From NCBI GenBank assembly GCA_052055015.1, contig JBQJIT010000056.1: a stretch of DNA of 39,912 nucleotides; one strand, written 5' to 3'. Positions within the stretch are counted from its first letter, which is position 1; each line of letters opens with the position of its first letter. The translations under genes were made by a program, and so were the position numbers. This DNA comes from Malassezia furfur (lineage: Eukaryota). This document shows positions 9,283 to 20,042 of the stretch, piece by piece. The notes under the pieces are model-generated. The model saw only the letters and a list, made by a program, of their open reading frames with translations. It was not told the DNA's origin and searched no databases.

Positions 9283-11100
9283 CTACGGATGCACGCCGGC
9301 AAATGTCGCGTACCGCGGCGCGTGTCCGGCGCGGCGTACTTCGACCTCACCCGTCTGTTCCCAATGCTTGCCCAGCAGGAATACAAGGGGGTAGCCGGCC
9401 AGCTCGGCGTCAAACAGGGACGAGCCCAGCGTGCGGTCCGTGCGGTCGTCGAGCGCAATCTCGCGGGCGGGGACGCACAGCGTCGCAGGGTCGTCGGCGC
9501 TTGCGTCGCGCCACGTCGGCGCCACACCTGCGTCCAACAGGGTGCAGAGCCGCTCGGCTGCCTGCAGTTTTTCGGCGGTATGCGGAACGGCAGGCAGGAC
9601 AAGCGCCTCGAATGGCGCCACGGCGCGGGGCCACACGAAGCCTACGCGCGCGCGCTTGCCCTTGGCAGCACCGGGGTGCAGCGTCTGGTACGCAAGCATC
9701 GCACGCTGCGCCAGCGCACCGAGGATACGCGTCACGCCAATGCCATAGCACCCCATCTGGAGCGGCACACGCTCGTTGCTCCCGGGCTCGGCGACGCGGT
9801 AGCCAAGCGCCTCGGTGTACCGCGTACCAAGCAGGAACGTATGTCCGATCTCCATCGCGCGGTGCTCATGTAGGTGACCATGCGAACAGGCCCCACATAC
9901 GTCCCCGGCCTCGGCCGTACGCAGCATTGCCGTGTCGGCCTGCGCGGCGATCGACTTAGGCGCAATGGGCTCCGCTGCACGCTCGACGGCTGCACGTACC
10001 GCCGCATCGTCGAGGTCCACGGACGGATCGCGCACGATCCGGACGTGTGCGCCGCTCACCGTGGGCGGCAGCGGCACGAGGTGCTCGCGCGCAACGACTA
10101 GGGGGTTGAGTGTCGCCGAAGCAGGGTACACCAGCGCAACGACGTCACTTGCGTCATGTGCCGAAGCCCACAGCGTAACCTGCGCTGCGTCCTGCGACGT
10201 CACGACACGCTCTGGCGGTGCAGCCGATGCGGCACACTCAACGTTGGCTGCATACGTACATGCGTCACACGACAGCACCGTATCTTCCCCGACCGGGTCC
10301 TCGACGTGGAACTCGTGGGAAAACGTGCCGCCCATCGCGCCCGTATCGGCCTCGGCCTCACGCCATGCGGGTGCGGTCGTGGGGGGCAGAGGCAACGCGC
10401 TCCAGTCGAAGATGCGGTCAAAGATCCGAGCATACGCGCCGCGGACGTCGGCATACGCTTGCTTTGCGGAGGCGACGTCAATGTCAAACGAGTACATGTC
10501 CTTCATCAGGAACTCTTTGGTACGGAGCAGCCCCGCGCGGGGACGCGGCTCGTCACGAAACTTGCGCCCAATCTGGTACACACGCACCGGCAGCGCCCGA
10601 TGGCTCTCGACGTCGGCGCCGACGAGCTTGGTGACCTCTTCTTCGTGCGTCGGCGCGAGAATCATCTCGGAACCACGGCGATCTTTGAAGCGGAACAGCT
10701 CGCTGCCCATCGCCTGCACACGACCCGTCTTGTGCCAGAGTGCAGAGGGCAGCAGCTGCGGCATTTCGATGCGCGACGCGCCGATCGACTCCATCTCTTC
10801 GTCGATCACCCGAGTGATCTTGTTTAGCATGCGCAGACCTGCAGGCAGGTAGGAATAGGTGCCCGACGCCGACTGGCGTACGTACCCGCCGCGCAGCAGC
10901 AGTTTCAGGCTGTCGATCGTGTCGAGCGAGTCCGTGGCCGCGGCAGGCAGCGTAGGATTGTACACGGTCGACAGCCGCACCGGCCGCGCCGCACGACCGG
11001 ATACATTGGGCGTGGTCTGTGTGCCCGATGTGTGCACACGCCTCACCCCGCGTCCATCGGCGATGAGAACGTGCCGCACCGCCCGCGGATGAAGGCGCAT
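9283..11100 (-). CDS. AIM10: Mitochondrial prolyl-tRNA synthetase (bacterial type)
   Basis: Arg-rich N-terminal presequence; class II aaRS motifs SGTYSYLPAG, LAPTHEE, YQIGRKFRDEPRPRAGLLRTKEFLMKD, EIGHTFLLG, MGCYGIGVTR and LDDRT in the anticodon-binding domain. Confidence 0.93.
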   Translation of the reverse strand: MRLHPRAVRHVLIADGRGVRRVHTSGTQTTPNVSGRAARPVRLSTVYNPTLPAAATDSLDTIDSLKLLLRGGYVRQSASGTYSYLPAGLRMLNKITRVIDEEMESIGASRIEMPQLLPSALWHKTGRVQAMGSELFRFKDRRGSEMILAPTHEEEVTKLVGADVESHRALPVRVYQIGRKFRDEPRPRAGLLRTKEFLMKDMYSFDIDVASAKQAYADVRGAYARIFDRIFDWSALPLPPTTAPAWREAEADTGAMGGTFSHEFHVEDPVGEDTVLSCDACTYAANVECAASAAPPERVVTSQDAAQVTLWASAHDASDVVALVYPASATLNPLVVAREHLVPLPPTVSGAHVRIVRDPSVDLDDAAVRAAVERAAEPIAPKSIAAQADTAMLRTAEAGDVCGACSHGHLHEHRAMEIGHTFLLGTRYTEALGYRVAEPGSNERVPLQMGCYGIGVTRILGALAQRAMLAYQTLHPGAAKGKRARVGFVWPRAVAPFEALVLPAVPHTAEKLQAAERLCTLLDAGVAPTWRDASADDPATLCVPAREIALDDRTDRTLGSSLFDAELAGYPLVFLLGKHWEQTGEVEVRRAGHAPRYATFAGVHP

Positions 11101-11346
11101 GCTCGCGTAACGGTATTCCGGTGCGTGCCTAGCGCCGCTGACTGCCGTTGGTCTGACCGCGCCTGATTACGCAAGCGCGTGTGCCCTGGTTGTGCGTGAA
11201 GCCCATCAATTACTAGGACGTCAGCGATTCTTATTCGCTGTTTCATCTTTAGGCGCGTTGTGCTTGGAAGCAATCTGGATAGCTTGGCAGAGTTTGTATG
11301 GCTTCGTAGTTACCACCGTTCCGACGGCTGCGCAGGCACGAACGCC

Positions 11347-12681
11347 ATGCGTTGGGTGTTGGTGCTGGGTCTGGTCCAGCTTGTGGTGGTCGCAGCACAG
11401 AACTATAGCATCTGTCATGAGTTCGCTGGGAATGACTTCTTCGACTATTTTTACTTTTGGAAGTATACGGATCCGACCCGCGGCAAGGTGGATTATGTCG
11501 ATAAGAAAACAGCAAAGCACCTCAACCTGTCCTATGTTGACCCGGACACAGGGCGCTTTGTGATGCAGGTCGACTACACCGGTGACGCGGTGCCAATCAA
11601 TGGCAATCAGAGCGACCTGGGGCGGCGCAGCACTCGCATTCACTCCGATTACTTGTATGGTGACGGCGTATACATCTTGAAGGCAACGTGGATGCCTCAA
11701 GGCTGTGCGTACGTATCACCGGCTGACGCAGAACTTGGCCTGCCTTTTGGACCAACAGCCCAGATAACTGGCCGCAGGGCGGCGAAATCGACGTGGTGGA
11801 AGGTGTAAATGGCAAGGGCGCCAATCTCGCAAGCTTGCACACCTTAGATGGGTGCGAGATCTCTCCAAACACCTCCTCGTGGCAGCAGGGGTAGGTCACC
11901 GTACTCACGCCAGGTACACGCAAGAAGCCAACTGCTCCTACCAGCCTGGCTGCTCGACCCGCTTTGACAACATCGCATCATTTGGGCTTGGCTTCAACGG
12001 AAAGTATGTGTATCCAATTCACGCAGCGGCGGCGGTTACTTTGCCATGGTGCGCGATACGACCGTGGGCGGCCGAGGTGTACGTGTCTCGCCGACTTACC
12101 CAGATCGGCGTCTGGTTCTGGCCCGCGAGCCTCAACGCATCGTCTATCCCCGTGGAAGTGGTATCAGCCACCAAGCAGGCCCCAGAATTCATTGACATGG
12201 AGGACGCCATGCAGCGCTGGGGCCGGCCACAGGCCTTTTTTGGTGCTGACACGGGCAACGGCACGAGCTGCCCCATGAACGAGCTGTTCTGGAAGCACGA
12301 AATTGTGCTGGATACAACGTACGTGCGCACGACCTAACCCAGTCTGTGTGGCTACTGGGGCACAGGTGCCTTTGAAACGGACGCAACGTGCCCGAACATG
12401 ACGTGCCAAGACTATGTCGTCAGTGCGTACGCGAGACTCACCCAGACAACGGCTCGCTCTTCAAAGACGCACGGTGGGAAGTGGATTATTTACGCATCTA
12501 CTCCAATGGCTGCCAGTCGCTGGAGGCGCCGGACAACTGTCCCGGCGGAAAACGCAATGGCAAACAATGCTCGTCTGCGCGCATGCAGGCCGAGTACGCA
12601 TCTTTCGCAATCAAGTCCAGCTTGATGCTGGTCGCCCTGTTGTTTGGGGCCTTTTTCTTAGAGCTGTATATTGTATCCTGA
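11347..12681 (+). CDS. Secreted, probably GPI-anchored glycoside hydrolase family 16 beta-1,3(4)-glucanase
   Basis: Signal peptide MRWVLVLGLVQLVVVAAQ; motifs DPTRGKVDYV, GRRSTRI, MPQGCA|TWPAFW and catalytic GEIDVVEG. Six introns: 11709-11731, 11891-11913, 12004-12026, 12079-12103, 12319-12342, 12423-12445 (23-25 nt). Hydrophobic C-terminal tail SSLMLVALLFGAFFLELYIVS. Confidence 0.9.
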
Positions 12682-12693
12682 AGAGAAAGGCGT

Positions 12694-13509
12694 CTACTCT
12701 CCCTTCTTTGGCTCGTCCTTTTTCATCTGCGCGACAATCTGATCGTACGCACGGCTGAGGTCAATGTTGACCTGCGACGAAAGCTCAAAGTACGCCACCA
12801 GCGACTCGATGCGCTCCTTGGTAAGGTACAATTCCCAGTCGCCGCGCGTCTCGAACGGGTGCTCCGAGGCAAACAGGTCACCCAGCGCACCGTTCGGCAT
12901 GGTTTCCACTAGATCGTTGTTCAAAAGCGTTTGCAGTTCTTGTGAAACATTGCCTGCACGCCAATGACTCCATGCACGCCACATGAGGTAGTACGTGGGA
13001 ATGTTGGGGATGGCCGGAATAATGAACAAGGGTGAAGTGACGACCACACCGATCAGGTTGTAGATGAGCATGCGCTTGTGATACGGCGCGCTCTTTTTTA
13101 CCAAGTGCGTCACAGACTGGGTCGTCTCCGTGTCCGACGAAAACTGCGGCGCAAACTCGACTTGGAGCGGTTTGGTTTCGCGCTGCTCTTTAAACGCCTT
13201 GAGAGCCTCGCGCATCGACCCACCAAGCTGCTGGTCGATGTTTTTGAGCTCCCACTCTTCGTAGCTAATGCTGTCCATGATGCGCTCGCCGAGCGCAAAC
13301 GTGCGCCGGCGCCAGTCAAACATCGACTTGACGTCCGTGCGGCCCAAACTGATCCAAAAGTCGGACGCGCGATTGACCATGCGCTGCATGAAAGACACAC
13401 GCGCAGGTGAGCCCGTCTCCTTCTCTGCAAGCGACGCGCGTACCACGAATACAAACAGGTTCTTCGCCGTGGCGCGCTGGCGCGCCAGCGGCACCGCGAG
13501 AATCTGCAT
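12694..13509 (-). CDS. Mitochondrial K+/H+ exchange-related protein (Mit_KHE1 / YDL183C-like)
   Basis: Intronless 271 aa; ISYEEWELKNI and SPLFIIPAIPNIPTYYLMWRAWSHWRA are characteristic of this family as I recall it. Confidence 0.8.
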   Translation of the reverse strand: MQILAVPLARQRATAKNLFVFVVRASLAEKETGSPARVSFMQRMVNRASDFWISLGRTDVKSMFDWRRRTFALGERIMDSISYEEWELKNIDQQLGGSMREALKAFKEQRETKPLQVEFAPQFSSDTETTQSVTHLVKKSAPYHKRMLIYNLIGVVVTSPLFIIPAIPNIPTYYLMWRAWSHWRAGNVSQELQTLLNNDLVETMPNGALGDLFASEHPFETRGDWELYLTKERIESLVAYFELSSQVNIDLSRAYDQIVAQMKKDEPKKGE

Positions 13510-13595
13510 CGCGGTTGACCGTGCGAGGCGGCAGCCCTAATCGGCACGTGGCTTAGCAAATGCATCGCGCTCACTGGACGGGTTCGGCTACGCAA

Positions 13596-14827
13596 CTACT
13601 CAATCACGCGGAACGGCTCCTTCTTCAGCTTGACGGCGCCCGAGTGTGCGTTGCTCATAGGCTGCTCGTAGCTCAGGTGGCTGCGGAAGCGACGCAGGTA
13701 AAGGATCGCCCGGTCCTCGAGCACGTCCGGCTCGATGCCGAGGTCCGCCCAGCTCTTGCAGCCCTCGGGCACCTCGGGGTTCTCGTCAATGAAGCGGCGG
13801 ACCACCTCGTCCTTGTTGAACATGGGCCACCACGCAATCTTCTCGCCGAGACCGGCGGTCATCGAGAAGAGCCACTTGGGCACGTTGATGTCGGGCGAGA
13901 TCAGGTTGCGGTACGTCATGTCCTCGGTAAGCTGGAGTAGCTCGCGGAGCGTGTACGTCTTGGGACCCGGCAGCACGTACGTCTGGCCGATCGCCTCGGC
14001 GTCCAAGACACCGATCAGCGACAGCGCCTGGGCAACGTCGAGCGAGTGCACCGGGGCGAGCTTCGTCTCGCCGTTGTTCAGCTTGAACGTGATCGGCCAC
14101 GCTGCGTCAGCAAATCGCATACGTACACGCCAGCTTGTTCAGCAGACGGTCCTCGTGGCCGTACATGCTCGCGGGGCGCACAATCGTCGCGCCCTCAAAC
14201 GCACGGCTCACGGCCTGCTCGCCCTGCGCCTTGGTGCGCAGGAAGCCACTCGGCGAGTTGAGGTCCGCGCTCAGGTGCGACACCTGCACGAAGCGGGCCA
14301 CACCCGACGCCTGCGCAATCTCGGCGATGCGGCGCGCACCTTCGACGTGCACGTCCTGGAAGGTAAAGTTTCTGAGTCAGCGCGCGAGTGAGACGTACTT
14401 GGTCTCGTAGTTGCGACCAGTGAGGTTGTACACAATGTCAGAGTGGCGCAGGCACTCTTCGATCTGGTTGTCGTTGCGCAGATCCCACTCGAGCGGCACA
14501 ATCTGGCCGAGGTCGCCGAGCACACGAAGGTGACGCTTCTCGTCCTCATCACGGTACGGCACGACGACCTGCACGCCGCGCTTCGCGAGCTTGCTCACCA
14601 GGTAGCGACCCAGGAAACCCGTGCAGCCGAACACGGTCGCGACATTGCCCGAGACGGAGTTGCTGGGTAAGTCAAGGTCCCACGTACCGACCCATCCCGT
14701 ACGGGCCGCGACCGACCATCGGGACACCCGTCTTCCTCTTGATAGTCACATCCTGCATGTATGTGCGCACGGCGACGCCCGCCTTACACGCACGCGGCGC
14801 GGCGCCCGCGACACGGGGCAAGTTCAT
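13596..14827 (-). CDS. NDUFA9: NADH:ubiquinone oxidoreductase 39/40-kDa subunit (NDUFA9, SDR fold)
   Basis: Presequence starting MNLPRVAG (alternative ATGs at 14839 and 14857); introns 14663-14687, 14372-14398, 14102-14126 (25, 27, 25 nt). Motifs GR|NSVSGNVATVFGCTGFLGRYLV, YNLTGRNYETK|NFTF and IVRPASMYGHEDR. Confidence 0.95.
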
Positions 14828-14932
14828 CGGTGCGATCATGTCCAAGTCCGCTGACAAACACGGAGGCCGAGGGAAAGTCGGACGTAAAGGCGCACACTCT
14901 CGGCCGGGCTCGGCAGCGTAATTGACCCAATC

Positions 14933-17031
14933 TCATTCGTCGTCTTCCTCCACACTATGGACCGACGCGAGCGGCGATGCTGGGTCCGTGTCGCTCGTGC
15001 CGCTACTCGACTCGTCACTGGAGTCGAGGTAGCGATCCGTAGAGAAGAGGGTGCGTGATTCTTCTTCGCGTAACAGTTCGTCAAATAGTGCAATGGCTTC
15101 CTCGTCCGCAAGCTCCGCGGCCGTGCGCTGCCCATCGCCTCCGCGTCCGGCCGGCGATCGCCGCGGCGCCTCGGGCTCGGCAGCGGGGGGTGCATCGTTG
15201 TTCGGCTCGGTCTCCTCAACGCTCATCTCCGACTCAGGGTCCGAATCGAGGCCCAGCCGGTGGCTCCGCCGGATGGCCCGCACAACCGCCGCCGTATTCA
15301 CTGCTCGTACTCGTGACCGGGTCTTGGGGCGCGTCGCGTCGTAGTCCTCTGCAGTGTGCTCGATGGACGCGGGCGTCGCAAAGTGCAGGCGCACGACACG
15401 CTCGATGCCGGCGGTAGCGATCATGGGGAGCGTCTAGAGTTAGGCAGGAGCAACGTACGGGATGACACAGGGCGCTGTTCACAATTGAGCGCGAGCCTTC
15501 CAGCGTAAAGGCCGGTGCGTCAAGCTCAGGCGGGCAAACAACGTGCGGCTGCTTGTCTGCATCCTCGGTGCGGAACCATACGCGATCGACACCTTTGTCG
15601 TCGTCGCCCAGCCACGCCGAGAATGACATCGATTCGCGCCGCGCCACAAGCTCCTCGACGCGAGGAATTTCCCAGCCATACGCACGGAAATCGTCCGAGC
15701 CCGTCACGTAGTATAGGTGCCCGGTCTGTGACTCGAATCCAAACGATCCGCGTTTCACCGTGCAGGAATTGCGGTACCCTGCGTACTTGTCGAGCGACGC
15801 CGGCGCCGGTTTCGGCAAGCAAGGGCTCATGTGCGGGTAGCGCTGCAACGACGACATCGTCGCCAGCGGCTCGGGGCTCCCAATCGCGTACAGTACTGGG
15901 TGGAAGAGGGACACATCGGCCACCAAGAACCGGCCGCTGGGGTCAAACTGTGCGCCAGTCGTCTCCATCCGGCGCACGGCTGTGCCGTGCGAGGGGCGCT
16001 TCACGCACAGCTCCGATGCATACCGCACAAGCGAGTCGTCGAGATCGACGTACGACGTCTGGTCCCGGAATATTTTGCGCATGTCAAATAGGCTGCGTCA
16101 GTCAGGGCACGTACGCAACGCCGGCTTTCGGCTCACACACCGTGGCGACGGCGAATGTGCGCCCGTCGCACGGGTTCGGGTTCCACTGGGCCGAGGCAAT
16201 CTGGGCAGGGAAGTAGCCATAGCCCGCGACATGCGTATCTGGTAAGCGAAGGTCAACGAGGAACAGTTCGCCACAGTCGCTCGAGCTGAGCAACAGGTTC
16301 GGATTGGTGGGGTGGGAAGACACTTCGCGGATCCCAGCCTCGTGCGCCGACACGACCGTATCGGGAAATCGCCGCTCTGCACCGGAGCGCACGGTGTAGG
16401 CGGGTGTCTCCCCATAGTTCAAGTCGTAGCACAGCACTTGCTGGTCGTTGCCGCCAGAAAATAGGTGGCGGTTGTCGGCGCTCCACGAGAGCGAAAAGAT
16501 GTTGGAAGTGTGGCCCAGTAGACGCGCATGGGTCCGGTACAGGCTCGTCTCGGATGTACCGCGCCGATAGGGGTCGTAGTCAAACACGTCCCGGACATGG
16601 ATGCGCATGTCGTCACCGCCGCTCGCCAACCACTGCCCGGAGCCCCGCGAGAAGGCAAGGGCATTGATGCACGACCGATGCCCACGCACCTCATGAAGGT
16701 ACTTGAACCCTGAGCGCTGGATCGCGCCCGCCATGAGGCCGCGCCGGGAGTGCATCGCGACCGTTCGTCGACCCAACGTGCTGAGATGGTGGATATCTCG
16801 TGCAGCCATCTGCCGCGGCTTGGCCAGCGGTGGCGGCTCATCCATTGCAAAGTAGTCTACTACAACGTCATCGCCGCCAATGGGTGTCGAGCCGAGCTCA
16901 CGGCCGCGTATACGCTTCGACATCCGCCCGGAGGGGCCCATCGGCTGATGGACGTGTGGAGGCCACAGTGCACGGTTCAGATCCGAGCAAGGGAGCGTAT
17001 GGGAGGACGACAGCGACACACGTCGCGGCAT
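14933..17031 (-). CDS. WD40-repeat protein, DCAF5/DCAF8-like CUL4-DDB1 adaptor
   Basis: Introns 16093-16114 (22 nt) and 15434-15458 (25 nt). Motifs GHRSCINALAFS..WLASGGDD, GHTSNIFSLSW..FSGGND, YRNSCTVK, VTGSDDFRAYGW and GSRSIVNSALCHP|TLPMIATAGIE; acidic tail. The start codon is uncertain (17031, 16941 or 16923). Confidence 0.82.
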
Positions 17032-17318
17032 TTTGGAGCAAACTATGTGGTATGGCAGACGGAGGAGGATCGTTCTCGCTCTAGTCTGCGAATCCAGCTG
17101 AATCGACTTCGATTTGCCCCGAAAATTCGTGGCTATAGCATGCAGCTCTGGGCCGCAAGCATGACCCGAAAAGCAGAGTCCTGTACCATACTGCTATCAT
17201 ACATGTATACGCTCGTCACCTTGTATGGATGGATCCGTGGTGCCGCAAACTTGGGCCGATTGACGCCCACCCGATTACCCCGGATGCACCCTAGTGGAGG
17301 CACCGTCTCGCGTCGATC

Positions 17319-18007
17319 ATGACGGAGCCATACTCTTCGGTGCTGTACGCTGTGCGTGAATGCTACGTGTACCGCGTGCCTCCGCGCACATCGTCCGCAG
17401 GCTACCGCGCAGCTGACTGGGGAGATATGGAAGCCTCGCTATGGAAGGGTCGGATGCGCATTGTGGAATTTGCCGACCATTGTGAAATTCGATTGGAAGA
17501 TGGCGAGACGGGTGCGTTTGGGTATACTAACATAGGCGAATTGTTTGCTATGGCCCCATATGATGTTACGGGCAAGTCGGTCGAGCCTGTTCTGGATTCG
17601 TCGCGCTACTTTGTGCTTCGTGTCGAGTCTGATGGACCCACACCGGAACAGCGCCGTAAGGCGTACATTGGTGTCGGCGTACGTTTTGTCCGCACTCACC
17701 CAGTTCCGCGAACGTACACAGAGCTTCGACTTTACGGTCGCGTTGCAGGACTGGACGCGGTATGTATAGTCTGTGCTCACGCAGACGACGCAAAGCAGCC
17801 TTGGCCGGGCCTGCCGAAGAGGACGACGACGAAGCGCCGCCCAAGCCCTCGCCACATCTCCCCACAGGGCCCAAGCAGGACTTTACTCTCCACGATGGCG
17901 AGATGCTGAGCATCAACTTGCCTGCGCTCAAGGGCAAGTCGGCCACACAGCCTGCGCAGAGCCGCCCGGGATTTGTGCTTCCGCCACCGCCGTCAGGAAA
18001 GCGCTAG
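17319..18007 (+). CDS. NECAP: Adaptin ear-binding coat-associated protein (NECAP, PHear domain)
   Basis: Introns 17512-17535, 17679-17703, 17760-17784 (24, 25, 25 nt). Motifs VYRVPPRTSSAGYRAADW, GELFA, VEPVLDSSRYFVLRV, AYIGVG|FRERTQSFDFTVALQD, DFTLHDGE and LPPPP. Confidence 0.93.
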
Positions 18008-18118
18008 TCATCAATAGAGTACACAGTCTACAGTTGGATGAGAGGTCCACGGAGTAGGGCGCTGTGGCCGTGCACAAGGCGGAGCCCAGTCCCCCCTCCA
18101 CGACAGCGAGCCTAGCCG

Positions 18119-18410
18119 TTACTTCTTGGGCTTGTTGCCCTTCTCAGCCTGGTCTGCAATCTTGCGCATAATGGAAAGTGGCCCCTTGGCAGCACGCCCA
18201 GCCATCTCTTGCTCAATACGCGACGTCGAGCGTGCCGTGTCGCGCTGCGTAAGCGACATAGCGTACCTTTTTCTGTGCAACCTCCTGTAGCGCGTGATGC
18301 TTCTTGGGCGGAATACGCTTGCCGACCTTGGGTGCGCTGGCCGTCGACTTGGACTTCTTCTTAGGTACCTCCGGCACGTTACGCTTCAGCGGTTTGAATC
18401 CTTGTGCCAT
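18119..18410 (-). CDS. Small basic UPF0390/DUF2462 (C19orf53-like) protein
   Basis: MAQGFKPLK..PKVGKRIPPKK..AQKK, then intron 18245-18266 (22 nt), then RDTARSTSRIEQEMAGRAAKGPLSIMRKIADQAEKGNKPKK*. The MAQG start, IPPKK and IE..MA.RA..GPL pattern fit the family. Confidence 0.8.
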
Positions 18411-18494
18411 GGCGGAACCGAGCAAAAAAAATGGTGCAATGCGCAATCGGGCATAAAAATGTGCGGCCCCCACCTCTCCACATCTCCACGCGTC

Positions 18495-20042
18495 ATGCCG
18501 CTGCCTTTCCTCACCGAGGTCGCGGAGAAGTATGTCCCCGCAGAGTCGTATGCTACGATCTTTGGGGGGATCCTTGCCATCGGTCTCATACGCAGCTGGT
18601 CGTCGGGTCCCTCGCTGCTCGCACGCGAGGAGCGTCTCGAGGCGACCCAGCGTCGTGCACGCGAAAATGGCAAGAAGATTCGCGTGACGGCCGGTCTGAA
18701 CGACATCGGCGCGCGAGTTGTATTGATCGCCGTACGTGCCTTGCTCACCTAGACTGGCGCCATGACACCCCTCGGACTAGTAACCATTGCGTCCCTGGCA
18801 CACCAAGGCGCACACATTATCGCGCTGGTCCCTGACATTAGCTCGCCCGACGTCGTACAGCTGCTTTTGCTCCTGCGCGAAAGCACCAAGAGCGAATTCA
18901 TCTACGCTGAGTCGTGCGATATGGGGTCTCTGCAGTCCATCACCGAGTTTGCGAACCGCTGGAATGCTGGCTCCGTACAGGCGACAGCGGCGCCAGGAAC
19001 GGCGACAGGCATGCCTGCTGCCAAGGCGCCCAATGCGCCTGCAAGCGGCGCGGCTGACGACGACATCAAGGCAGCCGAGTCACTGCTGCACAACAACACG
19101 CCGCAGGTGCACAGGCTTGACACGGTGCTTTTCCTGCCCACCGACGAGAGTGCCTACAAGATTGGCACGCCTCGGCAGCCGACCGCTAACACCTACCGAG
19201 ACTCGGACAAGGCCGTGGAGCGCACATACATGTACGAAGTGCTGGGCCGCTTCCATCTCGTGAACGCGCTGCTGCCGAGCCTCTTGCTGATGCCGCCCAA
19301 CCGCGACGTGCGGATTGTGAGCGTGGTGTCTCCGTGGTATGCTGCTGGCCTCGCCGAGTTCGACCGCATCAGCGAGCCGCTCGAAGGACCCCAGCCGAGT
19401 GTGTACCAGCCGTGGACGCTACTCGGAGCAGCTTCACTCCGCTGGATTGTGCTCGCTTCCGAGCTGCAGCGCCGGCTTGACCTACTGGCCGAGGCCGACA
19501 CGCGGTCTCGGAGTAAGCTCCCGGGCCTGGACGTGGAGGACGTAACGACGGTGCCGGTTGGAACGCTCAAGAGCCAGCACAAGCGAAGCCATATCTCTTC
19601 AGTCATTGTGTGCCCTGGCTTTGAGCGGTCGTCGCAGCTGACGTCGTTCTTTGGCACCGTGCCGCCATTTCTGCAGCATGTGGTGCACTCGCTCGTGCTA
19701 TGGGTGCTGCTCGCTGTTTTCTATCCCCTGTTTTGGGTGTTTGGCAAGAGTGCGTCCAAAGGCGCCGACGCTGCGGTGTGGGGCGTCACAGCGCGCCTTG
19801 CATCGTTCGTCCAGCTCGCTCCGTCAGACTCGAAGGCAAGCTCGTTTTCGGACGACAACCTCGACGCCGCGCGGCAGTGGCCGGGCATCGAGCCGGCGCG
19901 GCTGTACCGTGAGGGGCGTGTCGTCATCCCGCCCGTACCCGCGCAGCTGCGCGGTGCCGAGAATGCCGCCGAGCTCTGGAATGCAACCGAGGCCCAAGTC
20001 GAGGCGGTCCTGGGCAAAATTGCGCGACCCAAGGCTTCGTAG
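18495..20042 (+). CDS. PBR1: ER membrane short-chain-dehydrogenase-like protein, Pbr1 (YNL181W)-like
   Basis: MPLPFL start, N-terminal hydrophobic helix ending IRSWSSGPS, and a degenerate Rossmann motif VVLIA|TGAMTPLG joined by a 21-nt intron (18732-18752) whose terminal TAG is in frame. Also ESCDMGSLQSITEFANRW, RLDTVLF, GRFHLVNALLPSL, RDVRIV, and a second TM near the C-terminus. Confidence 0.75.
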
